A stretch of DNA of 64,000 nt from Escherichia coli O127:H6 str. E2348/69 (GTDB lineage Bacteria; Pseudomonadota; Gammaproteobacteria; Enterobacterales; Enterobacteriaceae): NCBI RefSeq assembly GCF_000026545.1, contig NC_011601.1. One strand, written 5' to 3'. Below are positions 47,054 through 64,000 of this stretch, piece after piece. Positions within the stretch are counted from its first letter, which is position 1, and each line of letters opens with the position of its first letter. The notes under the pieces were generated by a model. The model was not told where the DNA came from. It made no database searches and worked only from the letters and a program-made list of their open reading frames with translations. The position numbers and the translations under genes were made by a program.

Positions 47054-48340
47054 ATGTCCGAAGATATCTTTGACGCCATCATCGTCGGTGCAGGGCTTGC
47101 CGGTTCGGTTGCCGCACTGGTGCTCGCCCGCGAAGGTGCGCAAGTGTTAGTTATCGAGCGAGGCAATTCCGCAGGTGCCAAGAACGTCACCGGCGGGCGT
47201 CTCTATGCCCACAGTCTGGAACACATTATTCCTGGTTTCGCTGACTCCGCCCCCGTAGAACGCCTGATCACCCATGAAAAACTTGCGTTTATGACGGAAA
47301 AGTCAGCGATGACTATGGACTACTGCAATGGCGACGAAACCTCGCCATCCCAGCGTTCTTACTCCGTTTTACGCAGTAAATTTGATGCCTGGCTGATGGA
47401 GCAGGCTGAAGAAGCGGGCGCGCAGTTAATTACCGGGATCCGCGTCGATAACCTCGTACAGCGCGATGGCAAAGTCGTCGGTGTAGAAGCCGATGGCGAT
47501 GTGATTGAAGCGAAAACGGTGATCCTTGCTGATGGGGTGAATTCCATCCTTGCCGAAAAGCTGGGGATGGCAAAACGTGTTAAACCGACGGATGTGGCGG
47601 TTGGCGTGAAGGAACTGATCGAGTTACCGAAGTCGGTTATCGAAGACCGTTTTCAGTTGCAGGGTAATCAGGGCGCGGCTTGCCTGTTTGCGGGATCACC
47701 CACCGATGGCCTGATGGGCGGTGGCTTCCTTTATACCAATGAAAATACCCTGTCGCTGGGGCTGGTTTGTGGTTTGCATCATCTGCATGACGCAAAAAAA
47801 TCGGTGCCGCAAATGCTGGAAGATTTCAAACAACATCCGGCCGTTGCACCGCTGATCGCGGGCGGCAAGCTGGTGGAATATTCCGCTCACGTAGTGCCGG
47901 AAGCAGGTATCAACATGCTGCCGGAGTTGGTTGGTGACGGCGTATTGATTGCCGGTGATGCCGCCGGAATGTGTATGAACCTCGGTTTTACCATTCGCGG
48001 TATGGATCTGGCGATTGCCGCCGGGGAAGCAGCAGCAAAAACTGTGCTTTCAGCGATGAAAAGCGACGATTTCAGTAAGCAAAAACTCGCGGAATATCGT
48101 CAGCATCTTGAGAGTGGCCCGCTGCGCGATATGCGCATGTACCAGAAACTACCGGCGTTCCTTGATAACCCACGCATGTTTAGCGGCTACCCGGAACTGG
48201 CGGTGGGCGTGGCGCGTGACCTGTTCACCATTGACGGCAGTGCGCCGGAACTGATGCGCAAGAAAATCCTCCGCCACGGCAAGAAAGTGGGCTTCATCAA
48301 TCTGATCAAGGATGGCATGAAAGGAGTGACCGTTTTATGA
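47054..48340 (+). CDS. fixC: ETF-quinone oxidoreductase-like flavoprotein
   Basis: 428-aa ORF with FAD-binding motif DAIIVGAGLAGS. Confidence 0.9.
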   Translation: MSEDIFDAIIVGAGLAGSVAALVLAREGAQVLVIERGNSAGAKNVTGGRLYAHSLEHIIPGFADSAPVERLITHEKLAFMTEKSAMTMDYCNGDETSPSQRSYSVLRSKFDAWLMEQAEEAGAQLITGIRVDNLVQRDGKVVGVEADGDVIEAKTVILADGVNSILAEKLGMAKRVKPTDVAVGVKELIELPKSVIEDRFQLQGNQGAACLFAGSPTDGLMGGGFLYTNENTLSLGLVCGLHHLHDAKKSVPQMLEDFKQHPAVAPLIAGGKLVEYSAHVVPEAGINMLPELVGDGVLIAGDAAGMCMNLGFTIRGMDLAIAAGEAAAKTVLSAMKSDDFSKQKLAEYRQHLESGPLRDMRMYQKLPAFLDNPRMFSGYPELAVGVARDLFTIDGSAPELMRKKILRHGKKVGFINLIKDGMKGVTVL

Positions 48341-48624
48341 CTTCTCCCGTCAATGTGGACGTCAAACTGGGCGTCAATAAATTCAATGTCGATGAAGAGC
48401 ATCCGCACATCGTTGTGAAGGCCGATGCTGATAAACAGGCCCTGGAGCTGCTGGTGAAAGCGTGCCCCGCAGGTCTGTACAAGAAGCAGGATGACGGCAG
48501 TGTGCGCTTCGATTACGCCGGATGTCTGGAGTGCGGCACCTGTCGCATTCTGGGGCTGGGGTCGGCGCTGGAACAGTGGGAATACCCGCGCGGCACCTTT
48601 GGTGTGGAGTTCCGTTACGGCTGA
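48337..48624 (+). CDS. fixX: ferredoxin-like protein
   Basis: 95-aa ORF with Cys cluster (CPAGLY...CLECGTC); overlaps fixC stop by 4 nt. Confidence 0.9.
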   Translation: MTSPVNVDVKLGVNKFNVDEEHPHIVVKADADKQALELLVKACPAGLYKKQDDGSVRFDYAGCLECGTCRILGLGSALEQWEYPRGTFGVEFRYG

Positions 48625-48682
48625 TGTTGGTTTGATACGTAATGCCGTACTGACTCTCATTGCAAAAAAACAGGAATAACCC

Positions 48683-50014
48683 ATGCAACCGTCCAGAAAC
48701 TTTGATGATCTTAAATTCTCCTCTATTCACCGCCGCATTTTGCTGTGGGGAAGCGGTGGTCCGTTTCTGGATGGTTATGTACTGGTAATGATTGGCGTGG
48801 CGCTGGAGCAACTGACTCCGGCGCTGAAACTGGACGCTGACTGGATTGGCTTGCTGGGCGCGGGAACGCTCGCCGGGCTGTTCGTTGGCACATCGCTGTT
48901 TGGCTATATCTCCGATAAAGTCGGACGGCGCAAAATGTTCCTCATTGATATCATCGCCATCGGCGTGATATCGGTGGCGACGATGTTTGTCTCATCCCCC
49001 GTCGAACTGTTGGTGATGCGGGTACTTATCGGCATTGTTATCGGTGCGGATTATCCCATCGCCACCTCAATGATCACCGAGTTCTCCAGTACCCGTCAGC
49101 GGGCGTTTTCCATCAGCTTTATCGCCGCGATGTGGTATGTCGGCGCGACCTGCGCCGATTTGGTCGGCTATTGGCTTTATGATGTGGAAGGCGGCTGGCG
49201 CTGGATGCTGGGTAGCGCAGCGATTCCCTGTTTATTGATTTTGATTGGTCGATTCGAACTGCCTGAATCTCCCCGCTGGTTGTTACGCAAAGGGCGAGTA
49301 AAAGAGTGCGAAGAGGTGATGATAAAACTGTTTGGCGAACCGGTGGCTTTCGAGGAAGAGCAGCCGCAGCAAACCCGTTTTCGCGATCTGTTTAATCGCC
49401 GCCATTTTCCTTTTGTTCTGTTTGTTGCCGCCATCTGGACCTGCCAGGTGATCCCAATGTTCGCCATTTACACCTTTGGCCCGCAAATCGTTGGTTTGTT
49501 AGGATTGGGGGTTGGCAAAAACGCGGCGCTGGGGAACGTGGTGATTAGTCTGTTCTTTATGCTCGGCTGTATTCCGCCGATGCTGTGGCTAAACACTGCC
49601 GGACGGCGTCCATTGTTGATTGGCAGCTTTGCCATGATGACGCTGGCGCTGGCGGTTTTGGGGCTGATCCCGGATATGGGGATCTGGCTGGTAGTGATGG
49701 CCTTTGCGGTGTATGCCTTTTTCTCTGGTGGGCCGGGTAATTTGCAGTGGCTCTATCCTAATGAACTCTTCCCGACGGATATCCGCGCCTCTGCCGTGGG
49801 CGTGATTATGTTCTTAAGCCGTATTGGCACTATTGTATCGACCTGGGCACTGCCGATCTTTATCAATAATTACGGTATCAGTAACACGATGCTAATGGGG
49901 GCGGGTATCTCGCTGTTTGGCTTGTTGATTTCCGTAGCGTTTGCCCCGGAGACTCGAGGGATGTCACTGGCGCAGACCAGCAATATGACGATCCGCGGGC
50001 AGAGAATGGGGTAA
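48683..50014 (+). CDS. yaaU: MFS transporter
   Basis: 443-aa 12-TM-like ORF MQPSRNFDDLKFSSIHRRILLWGSGGPFLDGY. Confidence 0.85.
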   Translation: MQPSRNFDDLKFSSIHRRILLWGSGGPFLDGYVLVMIGVALEQLTPALKLDADWIGLLGAGTLAGLFVGTSLFGYISDKVGRRKMFLIDIIAIGVISVATMFVSSPVELLVMRVLIGIVIGADYPIATSMITEFSSTRQRAFSISFIAAMWYVGATCADLVGYWLYDVEGGWRWMLGSAAIPCLLILIGRFELPESPRWLLRKGRVKECEEVMIKLFGEPVAFEEEQPQQTRFRDLFNRRHFPFVLFVAAIWTCQVIPMFAIYTFGPQIVGLLGLGVGKNAALGNVVISLFFMLGCIPPMLWLNTAGRRPLLIGSFAMMTLALAVLGLIPDMGIWLVVMAFAVYAFFSGGPGNLQWLYPNELFPTDIRASAVGVIMFLSRIGTIVSTWALPIFINNYGISNTMLMGAGISLFGLLISVAFAPETRGMSLAQTSNMTIRGQRMG

Positions 50015-50121
50015 TTTGTTCAGATTTCTCTCTTTTCTGAATCAATATTATTGACTATAAGCTGCGTGAATATATGACTACACTTTGTGGGAAAACAAAG
50101 GCGTAATCACGCGGGCTACCT

Positions 50122-50644
50122 ATGATTCTTATAATTTATGCGCATCCATATCCGCATCATTCCCATGCGAATAAACGGATGCTTGAACAGGCAAGGACGC
50201 TGGAAGGCGTCGAAATTCGCTCTCTTTATCAACTCTATCCTGACTTCAATATCGACATTGCCGCCGAACAGGAGGCGCTGTCTCGTGCCGATCTGATCGT
50301 CTGGCAGCACCCGATGCAGTGGTACAGCATTCCTCCGCTCCTCAAACTTTGGATCGATAAAGTTTTCTCGCACGGATGGGCTTACGGTCACGGCGGCACG
50401 GCGCTGCACGGCAAACATTTGCTGTGGGCGGTGACGACCGGCGGCGGGGAAAGCCATTTTGAGATTGGTGCGCATCCGGGGTTTGATGTGCTGTCGCAGC
50501 CGCTACAGGCGACGGCAATCTACTGCGGGCTGAACTGGCTGCCACCGTTTGCCATGCACTGCACCTTTATTTGTGACGACGAAACCCTCGAAGGGCAGGC
50601 GCGGCACTATAAGCAACGTCTGCTGGAATGGCAGGAGGCACATC

Positions 50645-50652
<8 letters not shown>
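50122..50652 (+). CDS. kefF: KefC ancillary flavoprotein / quinone oxidoreductase
   Basis: 176-aa [23 protein letters not shown]. Confidence 0.9.
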
Positions 50653-53178
<2,526 letters not shown>

Positions 53179-53263
53179 TTTTGTATATTAGAATTCCGGC
53201 ATCACTGATACGTGCAGATATCCGTGTATACTAGACGTATAAATTGTACAGGAGCACGAGATC

Positions 53264-53497
53264 ATGACTGCAAAACGTACCACACAAAGTGTGACCGTCA
53301 CCGTCGACCGTGAGTTAGTCAATCGCGCTCGTGATGCAGGCTTAAATATGAGCGCCACCCTTACGGTTGCGCTCAATGCTGAACTTAAAAAACATGCAGC
53401 AACACGTTGGCGTGAAGAGAACGCAGAAGCTATCGCTGCGTTAAATCAATTGGCTGATGAAACCGGATGTTTCTCTGATGAGTACCGGAGCTTCTAG
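53264..53497 (+). CDS. ccdA: type II antitoxin CcdA (chromosomal ccd, O157-type)
   Basis: 77-aa ORF MTAKRTTQSVTVTVDRELVNRARDAGLNMSATLTV...RWREENAEAI...CFSDEYRSF, same pattern as F-plasmid CcdA; lies in the folA-apaH intergenic region. Confidence 0.85.
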   Translation: MTAKRTTQSVTVTVDRELVNRARDAGLNMSATLTVALNAELKKHAATRWREENAEAIAALNQLADETGCFSDEYRSF

Positions 53498-53499
53498 CG

Positions 53500-53814
53500 A
53501 TGCAATTTACGGTATACCGCAGTCGCGGCAGGAACGCCGCGTTTCCCTTTGTTATTGATGTTACCAGCGACATTATTGGTGAGATTAATCGCCGTATCGT
53601 TATTCCATTAACACCTATTGAACGATTTAGCCGTATTCGCCCACCAGAACGGCTTAACCCAATCCTTTTACTGGTAGACGGCAAAGAATATGTGCTCATG
53701 ACGCATGAGACTGCAACTGTTCCAGTTAACGCGCTGGGAACGAAATTTTGCGATGCCAGCGCGCACCGAACGTTGATTAAAGGAGCATTAGATTTTATGC
53801 TCGACGGGATTTAA
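53500..53814 (+). CDS. ccdB: type II toxin CcdB (gyrase poison family)
   Basis: 104-aa [40 protein letters not shown]... ending ...FMLDGI, homologous to F-plasmid CcdB (MQFKVY...FWGI); starts 3 nt after ccdA stop. Confidence 0.85.
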   Translation: MQFTVYRSRGRNAAFPFVIDVTSDIIGEINRRIVIPLTPIERFSRIRPPERLNPILLLVDGKEYVLMTHETATVPVNALGTKFCDASAHRTLIKGALDFMLDGI

Positions 53815-54659
53815 GACGCTACCGCCTCTCCCTCACCCATATCTTTATGCCGATTCGACGGCTGGACAAAATACTGTTTATCTTCCCAGCGCAGGCAGGT
53901 TAATGTACCACCCCAGCAGCAGCCGGTATCCAGCGCGTAAATACCTTCCGGCGTACCTTTGCCTTCCAGCGATGCCCAGTGACCAAAGGCGATGTTGTAC
54001 TCTTCAGCGACGGGGCCAGGAATCGCAAACCATGGTTTCAGTGGGGCAGGGGCCTCTTCCGGCGATTCTTTGCTGTACATATCCAGTTGACCGTTCGGGA
54101 AGCAAAAACGCATACGGGTAAAGGCGTTGGTGATAAAACGCAGTCTTCCCAGCCCCCGCAATTCCGGCGACCAGTTATTTGGCATATCGCCGTACATGGC
54201 ATCAAGGAAGAAGGGATAGGAGTCACTCGACAGCACCGCTTCTACATCGCGCGCGCACTCTTTGGCTGTCTGCAGATCCCACTGCGGCGTGATCCCGGCG
54301 TGGGCCATCACTAACTTTTTCTCTTCGTCGATTTGCAGCAAAGGCTGGCGACGCAGCCAGTTAAGCAGCTCGTCGGCATCCGGCGCTTCCAGCAGCGGTG
54401 TCAGGCGATCTTTCGGTTTATTGCGGCTGATCCCGGCAAATACCGCCAGCAGATGCAGATCGTGATTACCCAGCACCAGACGTACGCTGTCGCCTAAGGA
54501 TTTCACATAGCGCAGAACATCCAGCGAACCCGGGCCGCGCGCGACCAGATCGCCCGTCAGCCAGAGGGTATCTTTCCCAGGGGTAAATTCTACTTTATGC
54601 AGCAATGCGATCAGTTCATCGTAACAACCATGAACGTCGCCAATAAGGTATGTCGCCAT
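53811..54659 (-). CDS. apaH: diadenosine tetraphosphatase
   Basis: 282-aa [23 protein letters not shown]. Confidence 0.95.
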   Translation of the reverse strand: MATYLIGDVHGCYDELIALLHKVEFTPGKDTLWLTGDLVARGPGSLDVLRYVKSLGDSVRLVLGNHDLHLLAVFAGISRNKPKDRLTPLLEAPDADELLNWLRRQPLLQIDEEKKLVMAHAGITPQWDLQTAKECARDVEAVLSSDSYPFFLDAMYGDMPNNWSPELRGLGRLRFITNAFTRMRFCFPNGQLDMYSKESPEEAPAPLKPWFAIPGPVAEEYNIAFGHWASLEGKGTPEGIYALDTGCCWGGTLTCLRWEDKQYFVQPSNRHKDMGEGEAVAS

Positions 54660-54665
54660 ATTCTT

Positions 54666-55043
54666 TTAATGAATGAGTGTGGGAACGGCGAGTCGGAATA
54701 CGGGAATGTCGATGCTGAAAGGGACGCCATTTTCATCGATCATTTCGTAGTGACCCTGCATGGTGCCCAGCGGGGTTTCAATGATTGCACCGCTGGTGTA
54801 CTGGTACTCTTCGCCAGGCGCGATAAGTGGCTGGACGCCAACCACTCCTTCGCCCTGGACTTCGGTTTCACGGCCATTGCCATTGGTGATCAGCCAGTAA
54901 CGCCCCAACAACTGCACTGGCGCTCGCCCCAGATTGCGTATGGTTACGGTATAAGCAAAAACGTAACGTTCATTATCAGGTGAAGATTGGGCCTCAATGT
55001 AGACGCTTTGAACCTGAATACACACTCGGGGCGAATTGATCAT
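54666..55043 (-). CDS. apaG: ApaG (DUF525)
   Basis: 125 aa from [33 protein letters not shown]. Confidence 0.9.
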   Translation of the reverse strand: MINSPRVCIQVQSVYIEAQSSPDNERYVFAYTVTIRNLGRAPVQLLGRYWLITNGNGRETEVQGEGVVGVQPLIAPGEEYQYTSGAIIETPLGTMQGHYEMIDENGVPFSIDIPVFRLAVPTLIH

Positions 55044-55045
55044 CG

Positions 55046-58139
<3,094 letters not shown>

Positions 58140-58191
58140 ACTTTTTCCATTTCAATTAACCGCACTGCGGATTACGTGGTAAATCAACAAA

Positions 58192-60546
58192 TCACAAAGT
58201 GTTTTGATACGGCAGAATGTTCGAACGCAGCATCTCTTGCGTACCCAGACCGTAGTTGGAGCTCAGGCCGCGAAGTTCGATGTTAAAGCCGATTGCGTTG
58301 TCATATACCGCATGTTGTTTATCGTTATCCCAACCGTTCAGCTTCCGCTCGTAACCGACGCGAATCGCATAGCAGCAGGAGCTGTATTGCACACCTAACA
58401 TAGAGTCGGCTTGCTTGTTCGCATTGGTGTCGTAGTAGTAGGCCCCAACAATGGACCAACGATCGGCAATTGGCCAGCTGGCGACGGCACCTACCTGCGA
58501 AATACCATTCTTATATTGCTCAGCAGTGGAATAGTACTTAGGCAGCGTTGCCTGAATATATTCCGGGCTGGCGTAACGGTAATTCAGCTGTACCAGACGG
58601 TCTTCATCCCGACGGTATTCAATGCTGGAGTTACTGGTCGCTACGTTATCCAGACGTGTATCGTACTGAATCCCGCCACGCAATCCCCAACGATCAGAGA
58701 TGCGCCAGTAAGTATCGCCTGCCCATACCAGTGAGCCCGTTTTGTCGTCATTCTCCCATGTTATGTTGTCATCGCCAGTGCGAGACTCCGTGAAATAGTA
58801 GATTTGACCAACGGAAATATTAAAACGTTCAACGGCAGCATCATCATATATGCGAGATGTGACACCGGTCGTCACCTGGTTAGCGGAGGCAATACGGTCA
58901 AGACCGCCGTAAGTCCGGTCCCGGAACAGGCCGGAGTAGTCAGATTGCAGCAGCGACGAGTCGTAGTTATAGATTTTGCTCTGATCGCGATATGGCACAT
59001 ACAGATACTGCGCGCGTGGTTCCAGTGTCTGGGTATAGCCCGGCGCCAGCATTTCCATATCACGCTCGAAGACCATTCTACCGTCTACCTTGAACTGCGG
59101 CATTACACGGTTAGCGGACTCTGCCAGCCTGGTCGTGTTTCTGGAGTTATACCAGTCAAGATTGGTTTGCTGATAATGGGTTGCCAGCAACTTCGCTTCA
59201 GTATTGATGCTGCCCCAGTTATTAGAGAGCGGCAGATTGATGGTCGGTTCCAGGTGAACACGAGTCGCCTCTGGCATGTCATCTCTGGTGTTAACAAAGT
59301 GCACTGCCTGGCCGTAAATACGCGTATCGAAAGGACCGACATCGTTTTGATAGTAGTTAACGTCTAACTGCGGTTCTGCCGAGTAGCTACTGGTGTTCTG
59401 CTCGCTGAAGACCTGGAACTGCTTGGTTGAAACGGTGGCATTGAAGTTTTGCACCGCATAGCCAACGCTGAATTTTTGCGTTGCATAGCCGTCGGTACTG
59501 GAACCGTATTTGTTATCGAAGTCATTGAAGTAGCTAGGATCGCTGACTTTGGTGTAGTCGACGTTGAAACGCCACACCTGATCCATGACCCCGGAGTGTT
59601 TCCAGTAGAACAACCAACGACGTGAACTGTCATCGTTCGGGTGTTCATCTTTATAGACTTTATCTGAAGGCAGATAGTCCAGTTCCATCAAGCCAGCGCC
59701 CGCCTGGGAGAGGTAGCGGAATTCGTTCTCCCACATGATGTTGCCACGACGATGCATATAATGCGGCGTGATGGTGGCATCCATATTTGGCGCGATGTTC
59801 CAGTAATATGGCAGGTAGAACTCAAAGTAGTTGGTGGTGGTGTACTTGGCGTTCGGGATCAAGAAACCAGAGCGACGTTTGTCACCCACCGGCAACTGCA
59901 AATACGGGCTATAAAAGATCGGTACCGGACCCACCTTAAAGCGGGCGTTCCAGATCTCCGCAACTTGTTCTTCGCGGTCATGAATAATTTCGCTCCCCAC
60001 CACGCTCCAGGTGTCAGAACCCGGCAGACAGGAGGTAAAGCTACCGTTATCCAGAATGGTATAGCGGTTTTCGCCACGTTGTTTCATCAGGTCCGCTTTA
60101 CCGCGACCCTGGCGACCTACCATCTGGTAATCACCTTCCCAGACGTTGGTATCTTTGGTGTTCAGATTCGCCCAGCCTTTCGGCCCTTTGAGGATCACCT
60201 GGTTATCGTCGTAATGGACATTACCGAGCGCATCAACGGTACGCACCGGCTCCGGTTGTCCTGGTGCCTCTTTTTGATGGAGCTGCACTTCGTCGGCCTG
60301 CAGACGGCTGTTACCCTGCATGATATCCACGCTGCCAGTAAACACGGCGTCATCCGGGTAGTCCCCTTTCGCGTGGTCAGCATTGATAGTCACGGGTAAG
60401 TCATTGGTATCGCCCTGTACCAGAGGACGGTCATAGCTTGGCACGCCCAACATGCACTGTGAGGCGAGGTCGGCTGCCAGTCCCTGTTGACTATAAAGGG
60501 CGGTGGCAATCATGGTGGCCAGGAGAGTGGGGATACGTTTTTTCAT
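58192..60546 (-). CDS. lptD: LPS assembly outer-membrane protein
   Basis: 784-aa [28 protein letters not shown]-terminal ...LPYQNTL. Confidence 0.95.
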   Translation of the reverse strand: MKKRIPTLLATMIATALYSQQGLAADLASQCMLGVPSYDRPLVQGDTNDLPVTINADHAKGDYPDDAVFTGSVDIMQGNSRLQADEVQLHQKEAPGQPEPVRTVDALGNVHYDDNQVILKGPKGWANLNTKDTNVWEGDYQMVGRQGRGKADLMKQRGENRYTILDNGSFTSCLPGSDTWSVVGSEIIHDREEQVAEIWNARFKVGPVPIFYSPYLQLPVGDKRRSGFLIPNAKYTTTNYFEFYLPYYWNIAPNMDATITPHYMHRRGNIMWENEFRYLSQAGAGLMELDYLPSDKVYKDEHPNDDSSRRWLFYWKHSGVMDQVWRFNVDYTKVSDPSYFNDFDNKYGSSTDGYATQKFSVGYAVQNFNATVSTKQFQVFSEQNTSSYSAEPQLDVNYYQNDVGPFDTRIYGQAVHFVNTRDDMPEATRVHLEPTINLPLSNNWGSINTEAKLLATHYQQTNLDWYNSRNTTRLAESANRVMPQFKVDGRMVFERDMEMLAPGYTQTLEPRAQYLYVPYRDQSKIYNYDSSLLQSDYSGLFRDRTYGGLDRIASANQVTTGVTSRIYDDAAVERFNISVGQIYYFTESRTGDDNITWENDDKTGSLVWAGDTYWRISDRWGLRGGIQYDTRLDNVATSNSSIEYRRDEDRLVQLNYRYASPEYIQATLPKYYSTAEQYKNGISQVGAVASWPIADRWSIVGAYYYDTNANKQADSMLGVQYSSCCYAIRVGYERKLNGWDNDKQHAVYDNAIGFNIELRGLSSNYGLGTQEMLRSNILPYQNTL

Positions 60547-60800
60547 ACGTTGATTTTATTGTTCCATCATCGGTAACGTTGCGCGTGACAAACGGTCAGA
60601 GACTAACGTACTCGTCATCTCTACGCTAGTGTTAATCCTGTCCGAATAGCGTCTGTGGTGTTAGGCACGGCATTGAATGACAGGTATGATAATGCAAATT
60701 ATAGGCGATGTCTCACAATAGACCGCAGCCAGAAATGGGTAAAAGCGCCTTTATATTGTGGGAGATAGCCCTGATATCCGTGTGTCGATTTGGGGAATAT

Positions 60801-61616
60801 ATGCAGTATTGGGGAAAAATCATTGGCGTGGCCGTGGCCTTAATAATGGGCGGCGGCTTTTGGGGCGTAGTATTGGGCCTGTTAATTGGCCATATGTTTG
60901 ATAAAGCCCGTAGCCGTAAAATGGCGTGGTTCGCCAACCAGCGTGAGCGTCAGGCGCTGTTTTTTGCCACCACTTTTGAAGTGATGGGGCATTTAACCAA
61001 ATCCAAAGGTCGCGTCACGGAAGCTGATATTCATATCGCCAGCCAGTTGATGGACCGAATGAACCTTCATGGCGCTTCCCGTACTGCGGCGCAAAATGCG
61101 TTCCGGGTGGGAAAATCAGACAATTACCCGCTGCGCGAAAAGATGCGCCAGTTTCGCAGTGTCTGCTTTGGTCGTTTTGACTTAATTCGTATGTTTCTGG
61201 AGATCCAGATTCAGGCGGCGTTTGCTGATGGTTCACTGCACCCGAATGAACGGGCGGTGCTGTATGTCATTGCTGAAGAATTAGGGATCTCCCGCGCTCA
61301 GTTTGACCAGTTTTTGCGCATGATGCAGGGCGGTGCACAGTTTGGTGGCGGTTATCAGCAGCAATCTGGCGGTGGTAACTGGCAGCAAGCGCAGCGTGGC
61401 CCGACGCTGGAAGATGCCTGTAATGTGCTGGGCGTGAAGCCGACGGATGATGCGACCACCATCAAACGTGCCTACCGTAAGCTGATGAGTGAACACCATC
61501 CCGATAAGTTGGTGGCGAAAGGTTTGCCGCCAGAGATGATGGAGATGGCGAAGCAGAAAGCGCAGGAAATTCAGCAGGCCTATGAGCTGATAAAGCAGCA
61601 GAAAGGGTTTAAATAA
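60801..61616 (+). CDS. djlA: DnaJ-like co-chaperone, membrane anchored
   Basis: 271 aa from [34 protein letters not shown] with C-terminal J-domain (HPD); track start 60708 is an extension. Confidence 0.9.
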   Translation: MQYWGKIIGVAVALIMGGGFWGVVLGLLIGHMFDKARSRKMAWFANQRERQALFFATTFEVMGHLTKSKGRVTEADIHIASQLMDRMNLHGASRTAAQNAFRVGKSDNYPLREKMRQFRSVCFGRFDLIRMFLEIQIQAAFADGSLHPNERAVLYVIAEELGISRAQFDQFLRMMQGGAQFGGGYQQQSGGGNWQQAQRGPTLEDACNVLGVKPTDDATTIKRAYRKLMSEHHPDKLVAKGLPPEMMEMAKQKAQEIQQAYELIKQQKGFK

Positions 61617-61625
61617 GTTTCAACG

Positions 61626-61717
61626 TGTAGGCCTGATAAGACGCGGCCCGCGTCGCATCAGGCAATCGGCGCAAAATTGCCGGATGCGGCGTGAACGCCT
61701 TCTCCGGCCTACCGAAC
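61626..61717. repeat. REP element cluster
   Basis: aggcctgataagacgcggcccgcgtcgcatcaggc and gccggatgcggcgtgaacgccttctccggcctac. Confidence 0.5.
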
Positions 61718-61733
61718 TTCGCCAGCGTGACTA

Positions 61734-62393
61734 TTAAAAATCCGCTGGTGCTTTAAACGTCATACTATTGCCATACGCCGGATGGGTAATCGTCAGCATC
61801 TCTGCATGTAGCAACAAACGCGGTGCCATTGCTCTCGCTTCTGGTGATGCATAAAAACGATCGCCGAGAATCGGATGACCCAGCGCCAGCATATGCACAC
61901 GCAGCTGATGCGAACGCCCGGTAATCGGTTTTAACACCACTCTTGCCGTGTTATCCGCCGCATATTCCACCACTTCATACTCCGTCTGCGCAGGTTTACC
62001 TGTTTCGTAACAGACTTTCTGTTTCGGGCGGTTTGGCCAGTCGCAAATCAGCGGCAGATCCACCAGACCTTCCGCAGGGGATGGATGCCCCCAGACGCGG
62101 GCCACATACTGTTTTTTCGGCTCGCGCTCGCGGAACTGGCGTTTTAACTCCCGCTCCGCGGCTTTGGTCAGCGCCACTACAATCACGCCGCTGGTAGCCA
62201 TATCCAGACGATGCACCGATTCTGCCTGCGGATAATCACGCTGAATGCGCGTCATCACGCTGTCTTTGTGCTCTTCCAGACGCCCCGGCACAGACAACAA
62301 ACCGCTCGGCTTGTTGACCACCATAATGTGGTCATCCTGATACAGGACAATCAGCCAGGGGTCCTGCGGCGGATTGTAGTTTTCCATCCCCAT
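61734..62393 (-). CDS. rluA: 23S rRNA / tRNA pseudouridine synthase A
   Basis: 219-aa ORF MGMENYNPPQDPWLIVLYQDDHIMVVNKPSGLLSVPGR. Confidence 0.9.
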   Translation of the reverse strand: MGMENYNPPQDPWLIVLYQDDHIMVVNKPSGLLSVPGRLEEHKDSVMTRIQRDYPQAESVHRLDMATSGVIVVALTKAAERELKRQFREREPKKQYVARVWGHPSPAEGLVDLPLICDWPNRPKQKVCYETGKPAQTEYEVVEYAADNTARVVLKPITGRSHQLRVHMLALGHPILGDRFYASPEARAMAPRLLLHAEMLTITHPAYGNSMTFKAPADF

Positions 62394-62404
62394 CTTCGGC
62401 TCCG

Positions 62405-64000
62405 TTACTGATGCGTCACAACGATCAAACGCAGGGCATCCAGACGCCAGCCTGCCTGATCCAGGCTTTCCATTACCTGCTGACGGTTGCTCTCAATGGC
62501 GGTCAGTTCGTCGTCACGAATGTTCGGGTTCACTGCACGCAGCGCTTCCAGACGAGACAGCTCGGCAGACAGTTTTTCGTCGGCTTCGTTACGCGCTGCA
62601 TCAATCAGTGCACGGGCTGATTTCTCGATCTGCGCTTCCCCCAGCTGAAGGATAGCGTGAACATCCTGCTGCACGGCGTTAACCAGCTTGCTGCCGGTGT
62701 GACGGTTAACCGCGTTAAGCTGGCGGTTAAAGGTTTCAAACTCTACCTGCGCCGCCAGGTTGTTGCCGTTTTTATCCAGCAGCATACGTACCGGCGTCGG
62801 TGGCAGGAAGCGGTTGAGCTGCAACTGCTTCGGAGCCTGGGCTTCAACCACATAAATCAGTTCCACCAACAGCGTACCTACCGGCAACGCTTTGTTTTTC
62901 AACAGTGAAATCGTGCTGCTACCGGTATCGCCAGAAAGGATCAGATCCAGACCGTTGCGGATCAGCGGATGCTCCCAGGTAATAAACTGTGCATCTTCAC
63001 GCGCCAGCGCCACTTCACGGTCGAAGGTGATGGTGATGCCATCTTCCGACAGGCCAGGGAAGTCCGGCACCAGCATATGATCGGACGGCGTCAGCACGAT
63101 CATGTTGTCGCCGCGATCGTCCTGATTGATACCGATGATATCGAACAGGTTCATAGCGAAGGCGATCAGGTTGGTATCGTCATCCTGCTCTTCAATGCTT
63201 TCTGCCAGTGCCTGGGCTTTTTCGCCACCGTTGGAGTGGATCTCCAGCAGGCGGTCACGGCCCTGTTCCAGTTGTGCTTTCAGCGCTTCGTGCTGCTCAC
63301 GGCAGTTTTTGATCAGATCGTCAAAGCCTTCGGTCTCATCCGGCGAGGCCAGATAGTTAATCAAATCGTTGTACACGCTATCGTAGATAGTGCGTCCGGT
63401 CGGGCAGGTGTGCTCGAATGCATCCAGACCTTCGTGATACCAGCGCACCAGCACCGACTGAGCCGTTTTTTCCAGATAAGGCACATGGATCTGAATATCG
63501 TGCGCCTGACCGATACGATCCAGACGACCAATACGCTGCTCCAGCAGATCCGGGTTGAATGGCAGGTCAAACATCACCATGTGGCTGGCGAACTGGAAGT
63601 TACGTCCTTCAGAACCGATTTCCGAGCACAGCAGTACCTGTGCGCCGGTGTCTTCTTCGGCAAACCAGGCGGCAGCGCGGTCACGTTCGATAATCGACAT
63701 GCCTTCGTGGAACACTGCGGCGCGAATACCTTCACGTTCGCGCAGTACCTGCTCCAGTTGCAGCGCAGTGGCCGCTTTGGCGCAGATCACCAGCACTTTC
63801 TGAGAGCGATGGCTGGTCAGGTAGCCCATCAGCCATTCAACGCGCGGATCGAAGTTCCACCAGGTGGCGTTATCGCCTTCAAATTCCTGATAAATACGCT
63901 CCGGGTAGAGCATATCGCGAGCGCGATCTTCCGCACTTTTACGTGCGCCCATAATGCCGGAGACTTTAATAGCGGTCTGATACTGCGTCGGCAGTGGCAG
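62405..64000 (-). CDS. rapA: RNA polymerase-associated SWI/SNF-family ATPase, 3' part (N-terminus beyond window end)
   Basis: ORF open to the window edge; C-terminal helicase region ...LVVTHQ with stop at 62405..62407. Confidence 0.9.
   Translation of the reverse strand: MPLPTQYQTAIKVSGIMGARKSAEDRARDMLYPERIYQEFEGDNATWWNFDPRVEWLMGYLTSHRSQKVLVICAKAATALQLEQVLREREGIRAAVFHEGMSIIERDRAAAWFAEEDTGAQVLLCSEIGSEGRNFQFASHMVMFDLPFNPDLLEQRIGRLDRIGQAHDIQIHVPYLEKTAQSVLVRWYHEGLDAFEHTCPTGRTIYDSVYNDLINYLASPDETEGFDDLIKNCREQHEALKAQLEQGRDRLLEIHSNGGEKAQALAESIEEQDDDTNLIAFAMNLFDIIGINQDDRGDNMIVLTPSDHMLVPDFPGLSEDGITITFDREVALAREDAQFITWEHPLIRNGLDLILSGDTGSSTISLLKNKALPVGTLLVELIYVVEAQAPKQLQLNRFLPPTPVRMLLDKNGNNLAAQVEFETFNRQLNAVNRHTGSKLVNAVQQDVHAILQLGEAQIEKSARALIDAARNEADEKLSAELSRLEALRAVNPNIRDDELTAIESNRQQVMESLDQAGWRLDALRLIVVTHQ

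Overview
This window is the first ~64 kb of an Escherichia coli chromosome (thr operon through the 3' part of rapA). Nearly every long ORF matches a well-known housekeeping gene in the expected order: thrLABC, yaaX, yaaA, yaaJ, talB, mog, satP, yaaW, yaaI, dnaKJ, hokC/mokC, nhaAR, rpsT, ribF-ileS-lspA-fkpB-ispH, rihC, dapB, carAB, caiF, caiTABCDE, fixABCX, yaaU, kefFC, folA, apaH-apaG-rsmA-pdxA-surA-lptD, djlA, rluA, rapA. The background is not K-12. From memory of the K-12 map, the IS186 copy next to hokC, the IS1 copy between nhaR and rpsT, and the yabP/yabQ remnant are absent, and several intergenic REP regions differ in length. Three accessory segments stand out. (1) A complete 1550-bp IS50/Tn5-like insertion sequence (9808..11357) sits in the mog/satP intergenic terminator hairpin. 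Its 19-bp ends are near-identical to the Tn5 outside/mosaic and inside ends, it is flanked by an 8-bp direct repeat, and it encodes a 457-aa DDE transposase that is clearly diverged from canonical Tn5 Tnp. (2) A low-GC three-gene island (about 17.1-21.4 kb) between hokC and nhaA encodes a small outer-membrane channel, a Ser-type periplasmic sulfatase and a 421-aa cysteine-rich protein of unknown function. (3) A chromosomal ccdAB toxin-antitoxin pair lies between folA and apaH. No rRNA, tRNA or CRISPR array was found. All K-12 comparisons are from memory; no database search was run.
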